From: a virus | Length of the DNA: 64,000 nt | IMG/VR virus record: IMGVR_UViG_3300042691_012617 | Location: 32,001-96,000 of that record | Reading direction: 5' to 3' (one strand) | In this document: piece after piece, positions 1 to 11,078 of the stretch | How positions within the stretch are numbered: position 1 is the first letter of the stretch | How the letters are laid out: every line of letters starts with the position of its first letter | Program-made: the position numbers and the translations under genes | The notes under the pieces: model-generated | Seen by the model: the letters and a program-made list of their open reading frames with translations, nothing else | Database searches by the model: none | Told to the model about the DNA's origin: nothing

Positions 1-26
1 ATGATTGGGATTGCACTATAAGCCAT
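1..26 (-). CDS. 5' end of a gene running off the window (MAIVQSPI...)
   Basis: ATG at 26 preceded by AGGA and a CTAAATA motif at 63-69; only 8 codons visible. Confidence 0.35.
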
Positions 27-78
27 TCGTGGAGTTCCTACCTTTGAGAGTCAGACTGCCACTATTTAGCGGCAATCC

Positions 79-1317
79 TTACCCCTGATCACCCTCGTTC
101 AGAATGGCATCGCTAGCGAACTTGAGATTGGCTTCGATGCGCTCCTTCTGATCGGGCGGGAACTTGCCCTGTTGCAGCAACTGGATGCTTGCAATACGCG
201 ATTCACGGTAGTGTCCCGTCCAAAACGCCGCGATTGCAAACTCATCCAAGAGTGCCCATTCATAGATTCCCTGACCGACGAAGAGGGCACCTTCGGGATA
301 TCGAATCTTTAGACCCTGCTTGGCGAAGCGATAGCCCTGATCGAACCGCGAGAATGCGCGGCAGAGACGAGCAGCAGCCCATAGGCTTTCGCCTCTCCAA
401 GGAGCAACCTGATATGCCTTGAAGTACAACTGAATGATGTTGTCAACGGGCTTCTCCAAGATCTCCATGATCCGACCCGCCTGATAGAGGCTGTAGAACA
501 CTTCCTCGTTCCAACCACCGAGATCAGCCCGCTTGAGGTACGCCTGAAGAGCGGGTTCCCATTGCTGCGAGTCGCGGTACGACTGAGCGAGGTAGAAGTG
601 GTAGCGATTGAAATCCTTCTCATCGACCTTGCCCGAAGCAAGTGCCGCTTCGAACTTCTCTGCGTCCTTCTTGTACTTCTCGGGGTCGGACGAACGGGCA
701 CCATCCTGAATCGGAGTGTTCATGAACCCACGGGCGAAGTCACGGGTGCCGATTGGATCATGGCAGTCCACATACTCATGGAGAACCCCACGGTAGTAGA
801 ACCGCTTCTTGTTGCTCGTCATCTGTGGACGGTGATATCGCGTCTGTCCGAAGTGGGCGAAGATGTTGTAGAGATCGGCGTTCAGCGTCTCCTTGAACTT
901 CATCGGATCGAAACCAGGCTCGTAAACAAGGATCTCGTCTGCATCGATCATGTATGCATAATCGGTATCCGTCTTCTGACAGAGTTCAAGAGCCTCGCTA
1001 CGGTTGTGACCGAAATCAACCCACGGACGCTCATGGAGTTCGCCCTTGATGCCATTACGATCAAAGAAGTCCTTGATCTTCTGCTGAGTGCCATCCGTCG
1101 AGCCTGTGTCAACAATCACCCAATGGTCGATGATTGGAAGGACCGAGGACAGGCACCGCTCAATGACATGAGCCTCGTTCTTGACAATCATGCAAAGGCT
1201 GATCGTCTTGTGCTTGTTTGGTGTGGGATTCGCCGTTGTTACTGCGGCGGTGGGGGTTGTCGAAACAACCGAAGTCGGTGCATCAATTGTCATGCTCTCG
1301 CTCATTGCAATCTCCAT
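79..1317 (-). CDS. Glycosyltransferase family 2 with C-terminal TPR-like repeats (start may be ATG 1305)
   Basis: ISLCMIVKNEAHVIERCL, IVDTGSTDGT, DFGHNRSEAL, DADE (DxD), YRGVLHE motifs; helical FYLAQSYRD/YSLYQAG repeats; GGAG before 1305; late promoter at 1339-1345. Confidence 0.9.
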   Translation of the reverse strand: MEIAMSESMTIDAPTSVVSTTPTAAVTTANPTPNKHKTISLCMIVKNEAHVIERCLSSVLPIIDHWVIVDTGSTDGTQQKIKDFFDRNGIKGELHERPWVDFGHNRSEALELCQKTDTDYAYMIDADEILVYEPGFDPMKFKETLNADLYNIFAHFGQTRYHRPQMTSNKKRFYYRGVLHEYVDCHDPIGTRDFARGFMNTPIQDGARSSDPEKYKKDAEKFEAALASGKVDEKDFNRYHFYLAQSYRDSQQWEPALQAYLKRADLGGWNEEVFYSLYQAGRIMEILEKPVDNIIQLYFKAYQVAPWRGESLWAAARLCRAFSRFDQGYRFAKQGLKIRYPEGALFVGQGIYEWALLDEFAIAAFWTGHYRESRIASIQLLQQGKFPPDQKERIEANLKFASDAILNEGDQG

Positions 1318-1338
1318 AATGAAGGTGGGTGTGTCAGG

Positions 1339-1345
1339 TATTTAG
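1339..1345 (-). promoter_or_regulatory. Late promoter CTAAATA for the glycosyltransferase
   Basis: Matches the recurring intergenic motif. Confidence 0.7.
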
Positions 1346-1373
1346 TCGCGGCTGGTTTGAACTATTAGTTGCG

Positions 1374-1715
1374 TCACGGAATTTTCGTAATTTCGGGATA
1401 AACATTTATCATGCCCTGCACAACTCTTTGGACATTTGTGCTTCCACTTGAGTGCAATTCGACATCATAAAACCACACACCCGCCTTCACCGCAGCGGAT
1501 GCAGTTGCCCCCAAAGAGACATTGATGTTGCCTGTAGACCCTGTAATTGATGTTGTCAGACTTACTGCACTTGACGATGTATAGAACTTCCTCATCTGAG
1601 CATATGCCGTGTATCCACTAGCAATGTTCATAGGAAGACCGTCCGTCCCTTTCACCACATAGGAGAAAGAGAAGTTTGATCCCTGATCCATGTCTCTGTT
1701 GATCGTCTGCGCCAT
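1374..1715 (-). CDS. Small virion structural/adaptor protein of T4-like phages
   Basis: DQGSNF...GYTAYAQMRK...GVWFYDVEL...RVVQGMINVYPEIT pattern; ATAAATA 6 nt before ATG. Confidence 0.65.
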   Translation of the reverse strand: MAQTINRDMDQGSNFSFSYVVKGTDGLPMNIASGYTAYAQMRKFYTSSSAVSLTTSITGSTGNINVSLGATASAAVKAGVWFYDVELHSSGSTNVQRVVQGMINVYPEITKIP

Positions 1716-1731
1716 TGGTGGTATTTATTCG

Positions 1732-2511
1732 TTAGGGTTCCTCAAACCACATCACGCCATACGGGTAGTGATTACAGGTGTCGCAATTATTTCCCCGCTT
1801 AACCGAGACAATTTGGTTGAATGAGTTAGGGATTACCTTTTCATCAACGGGGAAGTAATGAAGATCGACAAATCCATCATCGCCACAGCGAACACCTTCT
1901 GTTGATACACTTGGGGTAAGAAGCCAAGGACATTCCCAATTCGATGCCCCACCCATTCGAAGATTTGTAATAGTAAAATTGGGAATAGACTGCCATGTCC
2001 AAATGCTCGTATTTTCGTTTACATAATCAGAATTTGATCTTCTTGCAAGTATCGTTCCGATTCCATCAAATGTGCTTGGTCTCTGTCCTAGGAAGATTCC
2101 ATCACAAACATCGTCGTAGATGCCTGACCAACGGCAGTAGACTATTTTCCACCCACTAGGAACATACCAATCGTTCGGAATATTTATCTGCCCGATAGAT
2201 GTTGCCGCACCTTGACTGAACCCCGCACCGCCAAAGGAAAGTCTGACTCTTTTCTTATAGATCGTCCTTGTCAATTCGGGCGCAGTAGTTTGCCATGACC
2301 CATTTTGCATGACTTTGACTGACTCTACTTCTCTCCATTGACCGCCACTTTGAACATATGCGGTCTGAGGAGACTGCCATGACTGTGAAGAAATAACATC
2401 CAATCCTGAGTAGTTTTCAACGATTGATCGCTGAGATACCAATACGGCTAGGTTCGTGCCGCTTTGCGCAACACTTGTCCCCACGGGGATGTCTGCAATC
2501 GATGTTGGCAC
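1732..2511 (-). CDS. Hypothetical protein, probable fibre tip/accessory
   Basis: Follows the fibre gene; AYVQSGGQWREVESVKVMQNGSWQ hairpin-type module seen in fibre proteins; Cys-rich C-terminus. Confidence 0.45.
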   Translation of the reverse strand: MPTSIADIPVGTSVAQSGTNLAVLVSQRSIVENYSGLDVISSQSWQSPQTAYVQSGGQWREVESVKVMQNGSWQTTAPELTRTIYKKRVRLSFGGAGFSQGAATSIGQINIPNDWYVPSGWKIVYCRWSGIYDDVCDGIFLGQRPSTFDGIGTILARRSNSDYVNENTSIWTWQSIPNFTITNLRMGGASNWECPWLLTPSVSTEGVRCGDDGFVDLHYFPVDEKVIPNSFNQIVSVKRGNNCDTCNHYPYGVMWFEEP

Positions 2512-2513
2512 GA

Positions 2514-5500
2514 TTAGATCCTACCGATAGCAGTCCAACTAATTCTTCCTTCAGCAGGCCATCCACCTGAATCAGACGCTCGTTGGGCTATTACCTTTGC
2601 TCCAGTATTAGTAAGATTGGTGTATTGACCCGAAAAATCTCTGCTTTGCCAAGATGCATAGTTTCCGTTCCAACGAATTGTGACATTCATATTAAACGCC
2701 TGGACAAATGCGCGAGGGAAGGTGATGTTTGAATAGATGTTTTGATTACCACCATCGACATCTTCAGTCAAGTCTGTGGTACCCCATTGCATCAGGATGC
2801 CACCTGGTAGTTCGACCCAACCATCTTCGGCTGCAAGTGCATTTCCTTGGACTGCGGGAGTTCCTGTCTGATACCAAACAAAGCCTTCGGGATATCCAAC
2901 TGTTGTGCTTGGGCCTGTCGTGCTAACATTGAACATCGGTCGGCATGAAACTTCGCCTGTCTTGTAATCAACGACAACATTACGGCTATCAGCATCTTTC
3001 TGATTCTGATCATACAACTTGGTTGTGCCCGTGAGACCATAGTTGAGAGCAGGATACATCCGCACATTCGATGTGCTACTGCCTGTGATCATCAGCGAGT
3101 TGCTGCCCGAAAGACTGATACGGGCAGACTCATTGATAAACAAACGGTTTCCAACATAGTAATCAGCACTCACGCCACCCGCGACAATTGCATCAACGCT
3201 ATCTGCACCACCCAATCCTTGAATATTGATTGTGCCCGTAACAGTCAATGCACCGTGGAATGTATCATCCGCATCATTGCGGAGAACCTTTGCATTCGTT
3301 CGGAACTGTGCGCGATCAGCGTTCGTCAGGGTACGAGCAGCACCACCCGCAGTCGTATGATTGATGTCATAGCGGATGTAATAGTTGTCATGGTTGTGAC
3401 CCGTCAGAATCGTGGCTTGCAAACCCTTCTTCGAACGGATGATCCAATGCATACCTACATTTGGGGGAACAATATCGAATGGTGTTGGATCAACGCCTGT
3501 CCCCTGCAATCCACCTGTTTCGTTTGTTGTGCTGCCGTAGGATGTGCTGAATGCATCAGTCTGAACAACCGAGTTGAGGCTGTGAGTATGAGGTGGAATG
3601 TTGTTCTCAAGCAGAGTGACTTCTGCCTCGCCATTTACAGTTCCCAAACCAATTGCGGGGGTGATGTTTCCGCTTCCTGCCAATCCAGTTGCATTTGATA
3701 CGCCAAACACAGTCCGTCTGCGTAGATCGGGAAGGAAGAAAACGGAACGACCTGTGGTTGAACCAACTGAGCGTCCGTATACTTTTACTTCCGTATCTTC
3801 AGGAACATCGGTGAATGGGCTAGAGGTTAGTGTGACCGTGCGCTGAGATTCATTGGTGGACGCGACAATAACTGATGCGCTGCCCGTAGTCCACACAAGT
3901 CTGAGAGCATCGCCTGCTGTCAGTCCGCGTGTATCGCCATCAATCGTAACTTCGTCTGCATTTGAAACTGTCGAAATTGCATAGTGGTTGTGTCCGATTG
4001 CCGAGTAGAGATCATTCCATTCGTTCTGCGACTTAATAGAGCCATCACAGAGCAACCACCCATCAGGAATCTGATTGATTTCTCCTGCAAACGGCTGAAC
4101 CGCTCCGATGGGAGCAACCGAGCGCAGATAGACAAGATCACTTGGGGTATCGCCAACGATCACGCCCGTATAGTTGATCACATATCCCGAGTTGTATCCC
4201 GTGGCTAGGAAGACTGCCTTGCGTACTTCTCCTGCCTGAACTTCATATGCACCGCCATCGGGATCGCTGATAAGCCGACCGCCGACATCGGGGTGTAGAT
4301 AGTATGCCTGCCCTGTAGCAAGAGGATAAAGACCAGTTAGACCGCCACCATTTGTCAGACCCCTGATGAAGCCCTTGGTGACGATACTGAAGCAGTTACC
4401 ATCAACGCTTTCGACCATGCCGATGGCTTCTGCATTCGGAACTGTATTTGCCTGAGCAAATGTCAGAGAACCATCAAGATCAAAGCGAAGGACATGTCCT
4501 ACCGAGAAAGCATGCCCTGTTTGGCAGAATTGCTTTCTGATCGCATCGGTGCGAATCCAATCTTCGTGGAGTTTACCATCACCCAAAGCAACAGGAATCG
4601 ACCATGCGGTTGATGTTGTGAGTGCGTGGGCACCGTCAAGTTGATCCGCGTTGAACCACTTGACCCAATTCGTGACAGGAACATTTGGGTAAACTGCGGG
4701 GCCTGTGCTTCCTGAGTAAACCACGCCAAATGTGATTCCTGCGGCACCCGTTGCGCTGTGCCACATGCTGAGTTGTTCGCCAACCTGATACTTGGTGAAC
4801 GAGTCGCCGCTGCCGTAGTAGGTAAAGGTATCGTCTGTGCCCACTCCATATCCATATGAAGCAAACTTGGAAGAAACAATGTAGTTGCTTGAGCCAGTTA
4901 CGCCGAGATTGGTATTGCTGAAGAATCCGTTCCAATCTACTGAGCCTTCGGGAGCCGACTTCCACCAAACAAAATACTTGTCACCTGATGCACCCTTGAT
5001 GTCAAGTCCTGCGGGTTGAAGTAGGATGTCGCTATAAAAGTCTGTACCACTTGTAACGCCACCCGTTACAACGAGTGCGCTTGTGTGGGATGCGCCTGTG
5101 ACGATCATGAAACCACCCACCATGATGTCATCCACACCACCCTCACTAAAGGCACCAATACGCACGGTTCCTGTTGTTCCTGAAGGAGCAACAGACCAGT
5201 TTGCAAGAGTGCCGATTGTGGTTGCGCTTCCTGCTGTCGGATTTGCCACCGTATCGCTATAGAAGAAAGTCAGACCCGAGGCAAAAGATGTTCCTGTGAG
5301 GCTTGTTCCTGCAACCGTGAACTGGCTGAACCGAGTGTATGCCAACTCAATCAGTTTGTCTTCGATACGAAGATCATTAGAATCGACATATGAAATATCA
5401 TCGTTAACAGTTAGATTGCCGTTGACTAGAATATTTCCGTTGATTGTAAGTGTGCCATCACCATTATTGCCAAAATCAACCTCATTCGGCAACATTCGCC

Positions 5501-5918
5501 TTGCAGTTGTTCTTTTGGGTGTACCCGCTACGCCTTGTCTAGTGTCGCTGATGTCGCTGATGATGACATAATCATCTGTCTCAGGATTTGCGGTTGCTCC
5601 GTTGTTTCCAACGCCCCCTAGATCCTCAAGACGAACTGCATCAATCACTACTTTGTTATTGTTGTTGGTGAACTGAGGAACGCCGATTCCAATACCTGCA
5701 CCTGGGTGAACAGAGAGTGTAACAACACCGTTATAATAGCCACCCGAACAACCAGTTTCCTTGATTAAACCACCGCTAGTTGCTCCAACATCAACCTCAT
5801 AGACATTGATCGCATTTGTGGATGCGATCATCTCGTTCGTTCTGTCGAACCATGTGTTGAAGGTATCCGACAGGACGAGTGGCTGAATGTTGATCAGGTC
5901 TGCTGCTGTACAAGACAT
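2514..5918 (-). CDS. Tail fibre protein with phage tail collar domain
   Basis: N-terminal SDTFNTWFDRTNEM anchor; collar motif PIGAVQPFAG..PDGWLLCDG..LYSAIG..FFLPDLR; C-terminal GWVELPGGILMQWG..ITFPRAF tip domain. Confidence 0.8.
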   Translation of the reverse strand: MSCTAADLINIQPLVLSDTFNTWFDRTNEMIASTNAINVYEVDVGATSGGLIKETGCSGGYYNGVVTLSVHPGAGIGIGVPQFTNNNNKVVIDAVRLEDLGGVGNNGATANPETDDYVIISDISDTRQGVAGTPKRTTARRMLPNEVDFGNNGDGTLTINGNILVNGNLTVNDDISYVDSNDLRIEDKLIELAYTRFSQFTVAGTSLTGTSFASGLTFFYSDTVANPTAGSATTIGTLANWSVAPSGTTGTVRIGAFSEGGVDDIMVGGFMIVTGASHTSALVVTGGVTSGTDFYSDILLQPAGLDIKGASGDKYFVWWKSAPEGSVDWNGFFSNTNLGVTGSSNYIVSSKFASYGYGVGTDDTFTYYGSGDSFTKYQVGEQLSMWHSATGAAGITFGVVYSGSTGPAVYPNVPVTNWVKWFNADQLDGAHALTTSTAWSIPVALGDGKLHEDWIRTDAIRKQFCQTGHAFSVGHVLRFDLDGSLTFAQANTVPNAEAIGMVESVDGNCFSIVTKGFIRGLTNGGGLTGLYPLATGQAYYLHPDVGGRLISDPDGGAYEVQAGEVRKAVFLATGYNSGYVINYTGVIVGDTPSDLVYLRSVAPIGAVQPFAGEINQIPDGWLLCDGSIKSQNEWNDLYSAIGHNHYAISTVSNADEVTIDGDTRGLTAGDALRLVWTTGSASVIVASTNESQRTVTLTSSPFTDVPEDTEVKVYGRSVGSTTGRSVFFLPDLRRRTVFGVSNATGLAGSGNITPAIGLGTVNGEAEVTLLENNIPPHTHSLNSVVQTDAFSTSYGSTTNETGGLQGTGVDPTPFDIVPPNVGMHWIIRSKKGLQATILTGHNHDNYYIRYDINHTTAGGAARTLTNADRAQFRTNAKVLRNDADDTFHGALTVTGTINIQGLGGADSVDAIVAGGVSADYYVGNRLFINESARISLSGSNSLMITGSSTSNVRMYPALNYGLTGTTKLYDQNQKDADSRNVVVDYKTGEVSCRPMFNVSTTGPSTTVGYPEGFVWYQTGTPAVQGNALAAEDGWVELPGGILMQWGTTDLTEDVDGGNQNIYSNITFPRAFVQAFNMNVTIRWNGNYASWQSRDFSGQYTNLTNTGAKVIAQRASDSGGWPAEGRISWTAIGRI

Positions 5919-5925
5919 TGGCTAT

Positions 5926-6132
5926 TCACCGTTCCTCAATGAGTTTGGAGATGATTCCCTTGAGTTCGGACAACTCATGCTCCAACCTATTTATCCGATC
6001 CTTTTGTGCTTGGGCTTCCCGTCTGCGCCGTTCATATGCCTTGACAGAGTCCCTATCAGTAGACAGGAGGGCACCCGACCGAGTGTCCCTCACCATCTTC
6101 TCGTTCTGAACAGGAATCTTGTCTTGGCTCAT
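5926..6132 (-). CDS. Small conserved coiled-coil virion-associated protein
   Basis: VRDTRSGALL motif followed by coiled coil; typical neighbour of the VrlC-like gene. Confidence 0.6.
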   Translation of the reverse strand: MSQDKIPVQNEKMVRDTRSGALLSTDRDSVKAYERRRREAQAQKDRINRLEHELSELKGIISKLIEER

Positions 6133-9100
6133 GTTGCGATCATCCTCAGATTGCGGACACGCGGAATGGCAGCACCATTTGGCATACCAAACATGACTAC
6201 CTTGATTGAGAAGGTCTTGAACTTGGGCAGCGTTGTGTTTCCAATGTTTGTAAAGGTCACCTCACGGAAGTCATCATCTGATGTAGACACTCCCGTATCC
6301 GTGGTGGTCAACTCAATGTAATCAACATTCTCGTAGTCATCTTCGCTTACAGGCACAGGGCGCACAAACACCTTGATAGTGGCAGCGGAGGAATTCCCCT
6401 TCTTTGGATTGCAAAGGGACATCGAAACTGTGATGTTTTCTGCTTCCATTCCACTTTCTAGGGTCACACGCTTGCTGATGTATCGGGCCTTGGTTTGGTA
6501 GTTCGGATCAATCCCGTCATTCGTTGGCTCAAGTTCACCGTTGTATCCAACACTATTAGGATCGACATCGTTTGCATTGTTGATAAGGTTGCTTACCGTC
6601 AACATGCTAGACTTCTGAGCATCAAAGACGGGGGAAGCATAACCATCGCTGTTTGCTGCCATTCTCACCCTGAGTTCTGTGAGGATACCGCCCTGAGAAG
6701 TAGAGGTCGAGAAGTTCAAATAGCCACCATCGGGAATGATGTTCTTGTTCGGAATCATCGGATCGTATGTGGTTGCAGATGAATTAAAGATCGTCTTGTA
6801 TGTCAGAGTCGAACCTTCGGGGGCGAAATCGACAGCATTCAGACGGAGTTCATTGATATCGACTGAGAGTGTCCCGCTTGCCAAAGCAGTATTCGTAAAT
6901 GTTGACTCACCGCTTCCGCTGAACTTACATACATTCAAACGGATCGCCATGGTCTCGTTGTCTGACTTGATCAACTTGCCTGTGTTCTGTGGCTTGAACA
7001 GCGATCTCATGAGTGGCTGTTTGCTGACCAAGATCTTCGGGTCTTCTTCGGAAGCACGGAGAATCGTGTTTCCGATTGTTCCTGTAAAGAGGCTGAAGTT
7101 AGAAGAGTTGGAAGACACACAGATTGCGTATTCTTTCCCTGGCAACAAGTAGACAGGCGACGAGAATGCAAAATTCGTTTCGCCTTCGTTTCCTGCGGTA
7201 ATTAGATCCGCAACATCGATGTCGGCTGAATACTTGACTGCTGTTGCGAAAGGAAGAACCTTCGACGGATGTGGGTAGCCCGAGAGAGTTGGGCGAACTT
7301 GTACTGTGACAGGAATTGTTCCAAGCGTATCCTTCGTGTTGAAGTAGAGATCGACTGACTTCAGGAAGATGCCACTTGGATACTTCGTAGGATCGACATA
7401 GAAAGTCTGAGAGATTGGATCTGAATAGCCACGAATTTCCCCCGCCTTCGTCATGACTTCCGTCAGATTTGATACCACCTTCTCCGACTTGACTGACTTT
7501 CTACGAGTCTCAAGTACGCGAGTGGAGAGTTGATTCTCCTCACCGACCGAGTCATAAGCACCTTCTACTGCGTAGGTTGCCTCAGCCGCCATCGTTGAAT
7601 TCGAAACAGAGTCAATGTTCGACACATCGGTGATTCGAATGTTGTGGCGACCAACAAGGAAGTTCTGCTCGTATTGTCCCGAAGTCTGATTGATGGAGTT
7701 AAAGAGGAGGTTTGTCGATACCTCTCCATACTCGTTGGTAACTTGGCTACCACCTGTGCAGTATGCCGTCACATTGATATCGTCACAGAACACATAGAAG
7801 GTCGTGCTTGGCTTCAATCCCTTTGCATTCAGCGAAATCGTCTGCTCACGGGCAATTGGAAGAACATCACGGGCAACAGTCTTGTTGGCAATAATCTTCT
7901 TCATGCTTTCGGGTGCGATAGAAGAATTGATCGCGTTGACCGATAGACCCTCAGACTTGGCAGAAAGCAACTTGTTTCTGCTCAGGTTCGGACGGCTGTT
8001 CTTGTTGTTGAGGTTCTGCTTGCCAAACCAAATCGACTCCCAATCGTTGAATCGGGTGCCGAATCCATAGTTGGCGTTCTGCTCCCAATTGTCGTTCTCG
8101 CCCTCAACATTGACACGCACCTTCGGCTGCTTGGTATCGTCGTACCAAGTGTCCGATGATGGGCTGAGTGAGAGGGTGCCCATGTAATTGATCACATTGA
8201 ACGGATTGATGATCGTGGACTCACTTGCCAAGAGATGAGAAATCTCAGCCGACTGTGTGTAGTTCAGCGTGTAGATACCATCCTGAGTGTTTCCTGTCAG
8301 GTTTCCGCTGTGCGAAGTCAACCCATATGCGCGAGTGAAGAACGGCGGTCTGAGTTCATTGTTCTCGTAGTCAACGCTTGCAGCAAACATCGGATCAGCA
8401 TTGTCGGCAACTGCGTGTCCCTTGAACTGATCGACCAAGATGCCGCGCTTTGGCATTTCATCGCCGTTTTCGTCACGGACGCTCTTTGCCTTGGCTTCTT
8501 GCTCCAAAAGGCTAAGAGTCGTATAGTATTCAACCGCTTCGATGCGCTTCTCAAGATCTCCGATATCGCGCATTGTGTAACGCTTGTTCTCGACATAACG
8601 AACAGATGCATCGTCGCTGCTGAATGTGTATGGATTGACCTGTACGGTGTACAAAGTCATCGCATTCGGATCATCCGATGGGATCTCTGCGTTCAAAGAA
8701 GGCACACCCGAAATCACCGTGAAGTTACGGTCACGGGTGATTGCAATCTTGTCTGTGCGCGGGAGATAGTGAATGTACGAGAATGTGTTGTCGTTCGCAG
8801 ACGAGTTTGAGGGAATCCAAGGTGTACCCTTAGTATCACCGCTCAGGCTGCGATCAGGGCGGAAGTCGATGCAGTCGCGCAACTTGTACTGCACACCATT
8901 AGCCTTGCTCGTATATGTCGGAATCGACTCGTAGTCGCTGTAAGAATCAACCGTGTATGCCCCATAAGTGCCGCTGTGGCTGTAATACCTGACTGTAGCC
9001 GAGAATGGCCCTGTGACTCCCGTTGTTCCTGCAACCATGTACAGGCGCGACCAATCGTAGAACGAATCGCGCTGCCCGTTGTCAAAATTGAAATAGGGAA

Positions 9101-11066
9101 GCAGATTGACTCCGCTGCTTGCTCCCTTGGTTCCTGTGAGAGATAGGACTTCGATGACATCTGTGTATCCGTTTAGATACAAGGTGTCTGAAGTGGATCC
9201 ACGGCCGTCACCCGTCAAAGTCGATCCCCATGCCCCCGTGAGCGTGAGATTTTGTGTCGTAAGCGTCTTGTCTCTTTTGAATGTTGTCATTGATGTGAGG
9301 TCATTGATCGGTTCTTGAACCGAATATGAATACACATTCAATCCTGCAATCGCATTAGTAACTGTTACCGAGAGTTTTTCTCTGTTTGGTGCTACGGCAG
9401 CGGCGGTTCCTGACAGCACACGACCGTTTCCATCAAACACGACAATGTCATCATCAGGAAGAGTTACAGTATCGTTCAGCGGGAAACGCATTCCGCTATA
9501 AGCATTGAACTCATATGTGAAGGACGCTGAAGGAGCGACTGCTTCCTTGTGATATCCAACGATTGCGTAATCACCTTGTGTGAAGGCGGTAACGCCCGAT
9601 CCTTCGGGTACTTGATAAAGAAGACTTGCCTGACCTTCATTCTCCAATCCACTTGTTCCCGTGAGGGTAAACATGTGGGCTGTAATTCCCTTGATGTGAA
9701 TTCGCGTAGTGTCTTCAAACGATCCTGTTCCCGAAAGATAGATGTCGTAGAGCGACAAATTGAATACATTGGTAGCGTAAGGATCCAATGAACGGATTCT
9801 TGCCGTTCCGAGTTGGTCAATCGCCGCTCCGCTTGCGCCGCGAGAGAGAATCACCTGTGGGTGTGCCGCAAGATCGGTGATGCTGTTGAAGGATCCTGTG
9901 ATCCCTGAAAGCACTACCTTTGTGTAAGGCCCGATGCTTCTTGTAAAGTCACGATTCACCTCGCGGGTCGTGCGGGCGCACGGGATGTTCAACTTGGTCT
10001 TACCCTGAGTCTCAAACTCATAACCGAAGACATATGCCTTGCCTTGGCTCAGTTCTGCCTTGAGAACCTGTGTTGCCCCGCTTGCTGTTGGGCCTTTGAG
10101 CGTGAGTTCGAACGGAGTGACTGTATAGTTACCCGACTCATCATATGTACGACGAGCAAGAGTGTCTTCTAGGACAGCATAGTCAGGGTACTTTTCAACC
10201 TTGACGATGTCACCTTCAACCACGCGCATGAATTCGACAAATCCAACACGCGAGAAGTTTTCGACAGCGTCAGTATCCGTTGCCGTAAATCCGTGCTGTG
10301 TGATGTCAAGTTCAATTGCAAAGCGATCCGACCCAGGTGCTGCGTAGTTGTAGAAACCGAATGCAGGGTCGTTCAGGCTTGTATCGTCTGTGGCTGTCAC
10401 AAAAGACTTGTTGACGCTGAATCCGATTCGGGTTGTTGGATTGGAGTAATCGCGGATCTTGTTTCCCGCAGAACCCGTCAGTTGATATGCGCCAATCGAC
10501 TGTGCATCATTCAGGACGAAATAGCCTTCAATGAAACGAACACCGCGATCTACAGACGCAACCAACGCATCACCCAAGTAGCAACAGGACGGGCCTGTAA
10601 TCGATGCTGTAATTCCCACTCCGTTTGCTGCGGTTGCCGAAATCAAATCGTTCGCAGCAAACTGAGTTCCGCCTTCCATATACTCAAAGAACAGAACGCT
10701 TGTGTTGTTTTCTACTGCGCTGCCTGATAGTCCGCTTTCTGCATGTACAACACGCGCCCGTGCCTTTCCTGCTGCGCTGATGACCGACCCAACAAAGTCA
10801 TCGGGACTCTCCAAACCACCCAATGCAACCTTTGCATACTTGACTCGATTTTCGCTGATCTGACCATCAAGTACGATGCTTCCTTCTTCAAACACATGGG
10901 AGCCAAAACGCTCAATTTGGTTCTGAAGGAGGCTTTGAATTTGCGTGAGTTCTCTTGCCTGAACACCATACCCAGGACGGAACATCAAACGAAGGAACTT
11001 CTTGTCCTCCGAGAAGTCATCATAATAGGGGTCTACATTGAACAGGCTAGGGTCGTATGACGGCAT
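6129..11066 (-). CDS. Large virion structural protein (VrlC/DUF4815-like)
   Basis: PYYDDFSEDKKFLRLMFRPGYGVQARELTQIQS, APGSDR, LARRTYDESGNY, RYTMRDIGDLEKRI..EYYTTLSLLE motifs; follows gp8. Confidence 0.85.
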   Translation of the reverse strand: MPSYDPSLFNVDPYYDDFSEDKKFLRLMFRPGYGVQARELTQIQSLLQNQIERFGSHVFEEGSIVLDGQISENRVKYAKVALGGLESPDDFVGSVISAAGKARARVVHAESGLSGSAVENNTSVLFFEYMEGGTQFAANDLISATAANGVGITASITGPSCCYLGDALVASVDRGVRFIEGYFVLNDAQSIGAYQLTGSAGNKIRDYSNPTTRIGFSVNKSFVTATDDTSLNDPAFGFYNYAAPGSDRFAIELDITQHGFTATDTDAVENFSRVGFVEFMRVVEGDIVKVEKYPDYAVLEDTLARRTYDESGNYTVTPFELTLKGPTASGATQVLKAELSQGKAYVFGYEFETQGKTKLNIPCARTTREVNRDFTRSIGPYTKVVLSGITGSFNSITDLAAHPQVILSRGASGAAIDQLGTARIRSLDPYATNVFNLSLYDIYLSGTGSFEDTTRIHIKGITAHMFTLTGTSGLENEGQASLLYQVPEGSGVTAFTQGDYAIVGYHKEAVAPSASFTYEFNAYSGMRFPLNDTVTLPDDDIVVFDGNGRVLSGTAAAVAPNREKLSVTVTNAIAGLNVYSYSVQEPINDLTSMTTFKRDKTLTTQNLTLTGAWGSTLTGDGRGSTSDTLYLNGYTDVIEVLSLTGTKGASSGVNLLPYFNFDNGQRDSFYDWSRLYMVAGTTGVTGPFSATVRYYSHSGTYGAYTVDSYSDYESIPTYTSKANGVQYKLRDCIDFRPDRSLSGDTKGTPWIPSNSSANDNTFSYIHYLPRTDKIAITRDRNFTVISGVPSLNAEIPSDDPNAMTLYTVQVNPYTFSSDDASVRYVENKRYTMRDIGDLEKRIEAVEYYTTLSLLEQEAKAKSVRDENGDEMPKRGILVDQFKGHAVADNADPMFAASVDYENNELRPPFFTRAYGLTSHSGNLTGNTQDGIYTLNYTQSAEISHLLASESTIINPFNVINYMGTLSLSPSSDTWYDDTKQPKVRVNVEGENDNWEQNANYGFGTRFNDWESIWFGKQNLNNKNSRPNLSRNKLLSAKSEGLSVNAINSSIAPESMKKIIANKTVARDVLPIAREQTISLNAKGLKPSTTFYVFCDDINVTAYCTGGSQVTNEYGEVSTNLLFNSINQTSGQYEQNFLVGRHNIRITDVSNIDSVSNSTMAAEATYAVEGAYDSVGEENQLSTRVLETRRKSVKSEKVVSNLTEVMTKAGEIRGYSDPISQTFYVDPTKYPSGIFLKSVDLYFNTKDTLGTIPVTVQVRPTLSGYPHPSKVLPFATAVKYSADIDVADLITAGNEGETNFAFSSPVYLLPGKEYAICVSSNSSNFSLFTGTIGNTILRASEEDPKILVSKQPLMRSLFKPQNTGKLIKSDNETMAIRLNVCKFSGSGESTFTNTALASGTLSVDINELRLNAVDFAPEGSTLTYKTIFNSSATTYDPMIPNKNIIPDGGYLNFSTSTSQGGILTELRVRMAANSDGYASPVFDAQKSSMLTVSNLINNANDVDPNSVGYNGELEPTNDGIDPNYQTKARYISKRVTLESGMEAENITVSMSLCNPKKGNSSAATIKVFVRPVPVSEDDYENVDYIELTTTDTGVSTSDDDFREVTFTNIGNTTLPKFKTFSIKVVMFGMPNGAAIPRVRNLRMIAT

Positions 11067-11078
11067 TTGCTTTCCTCA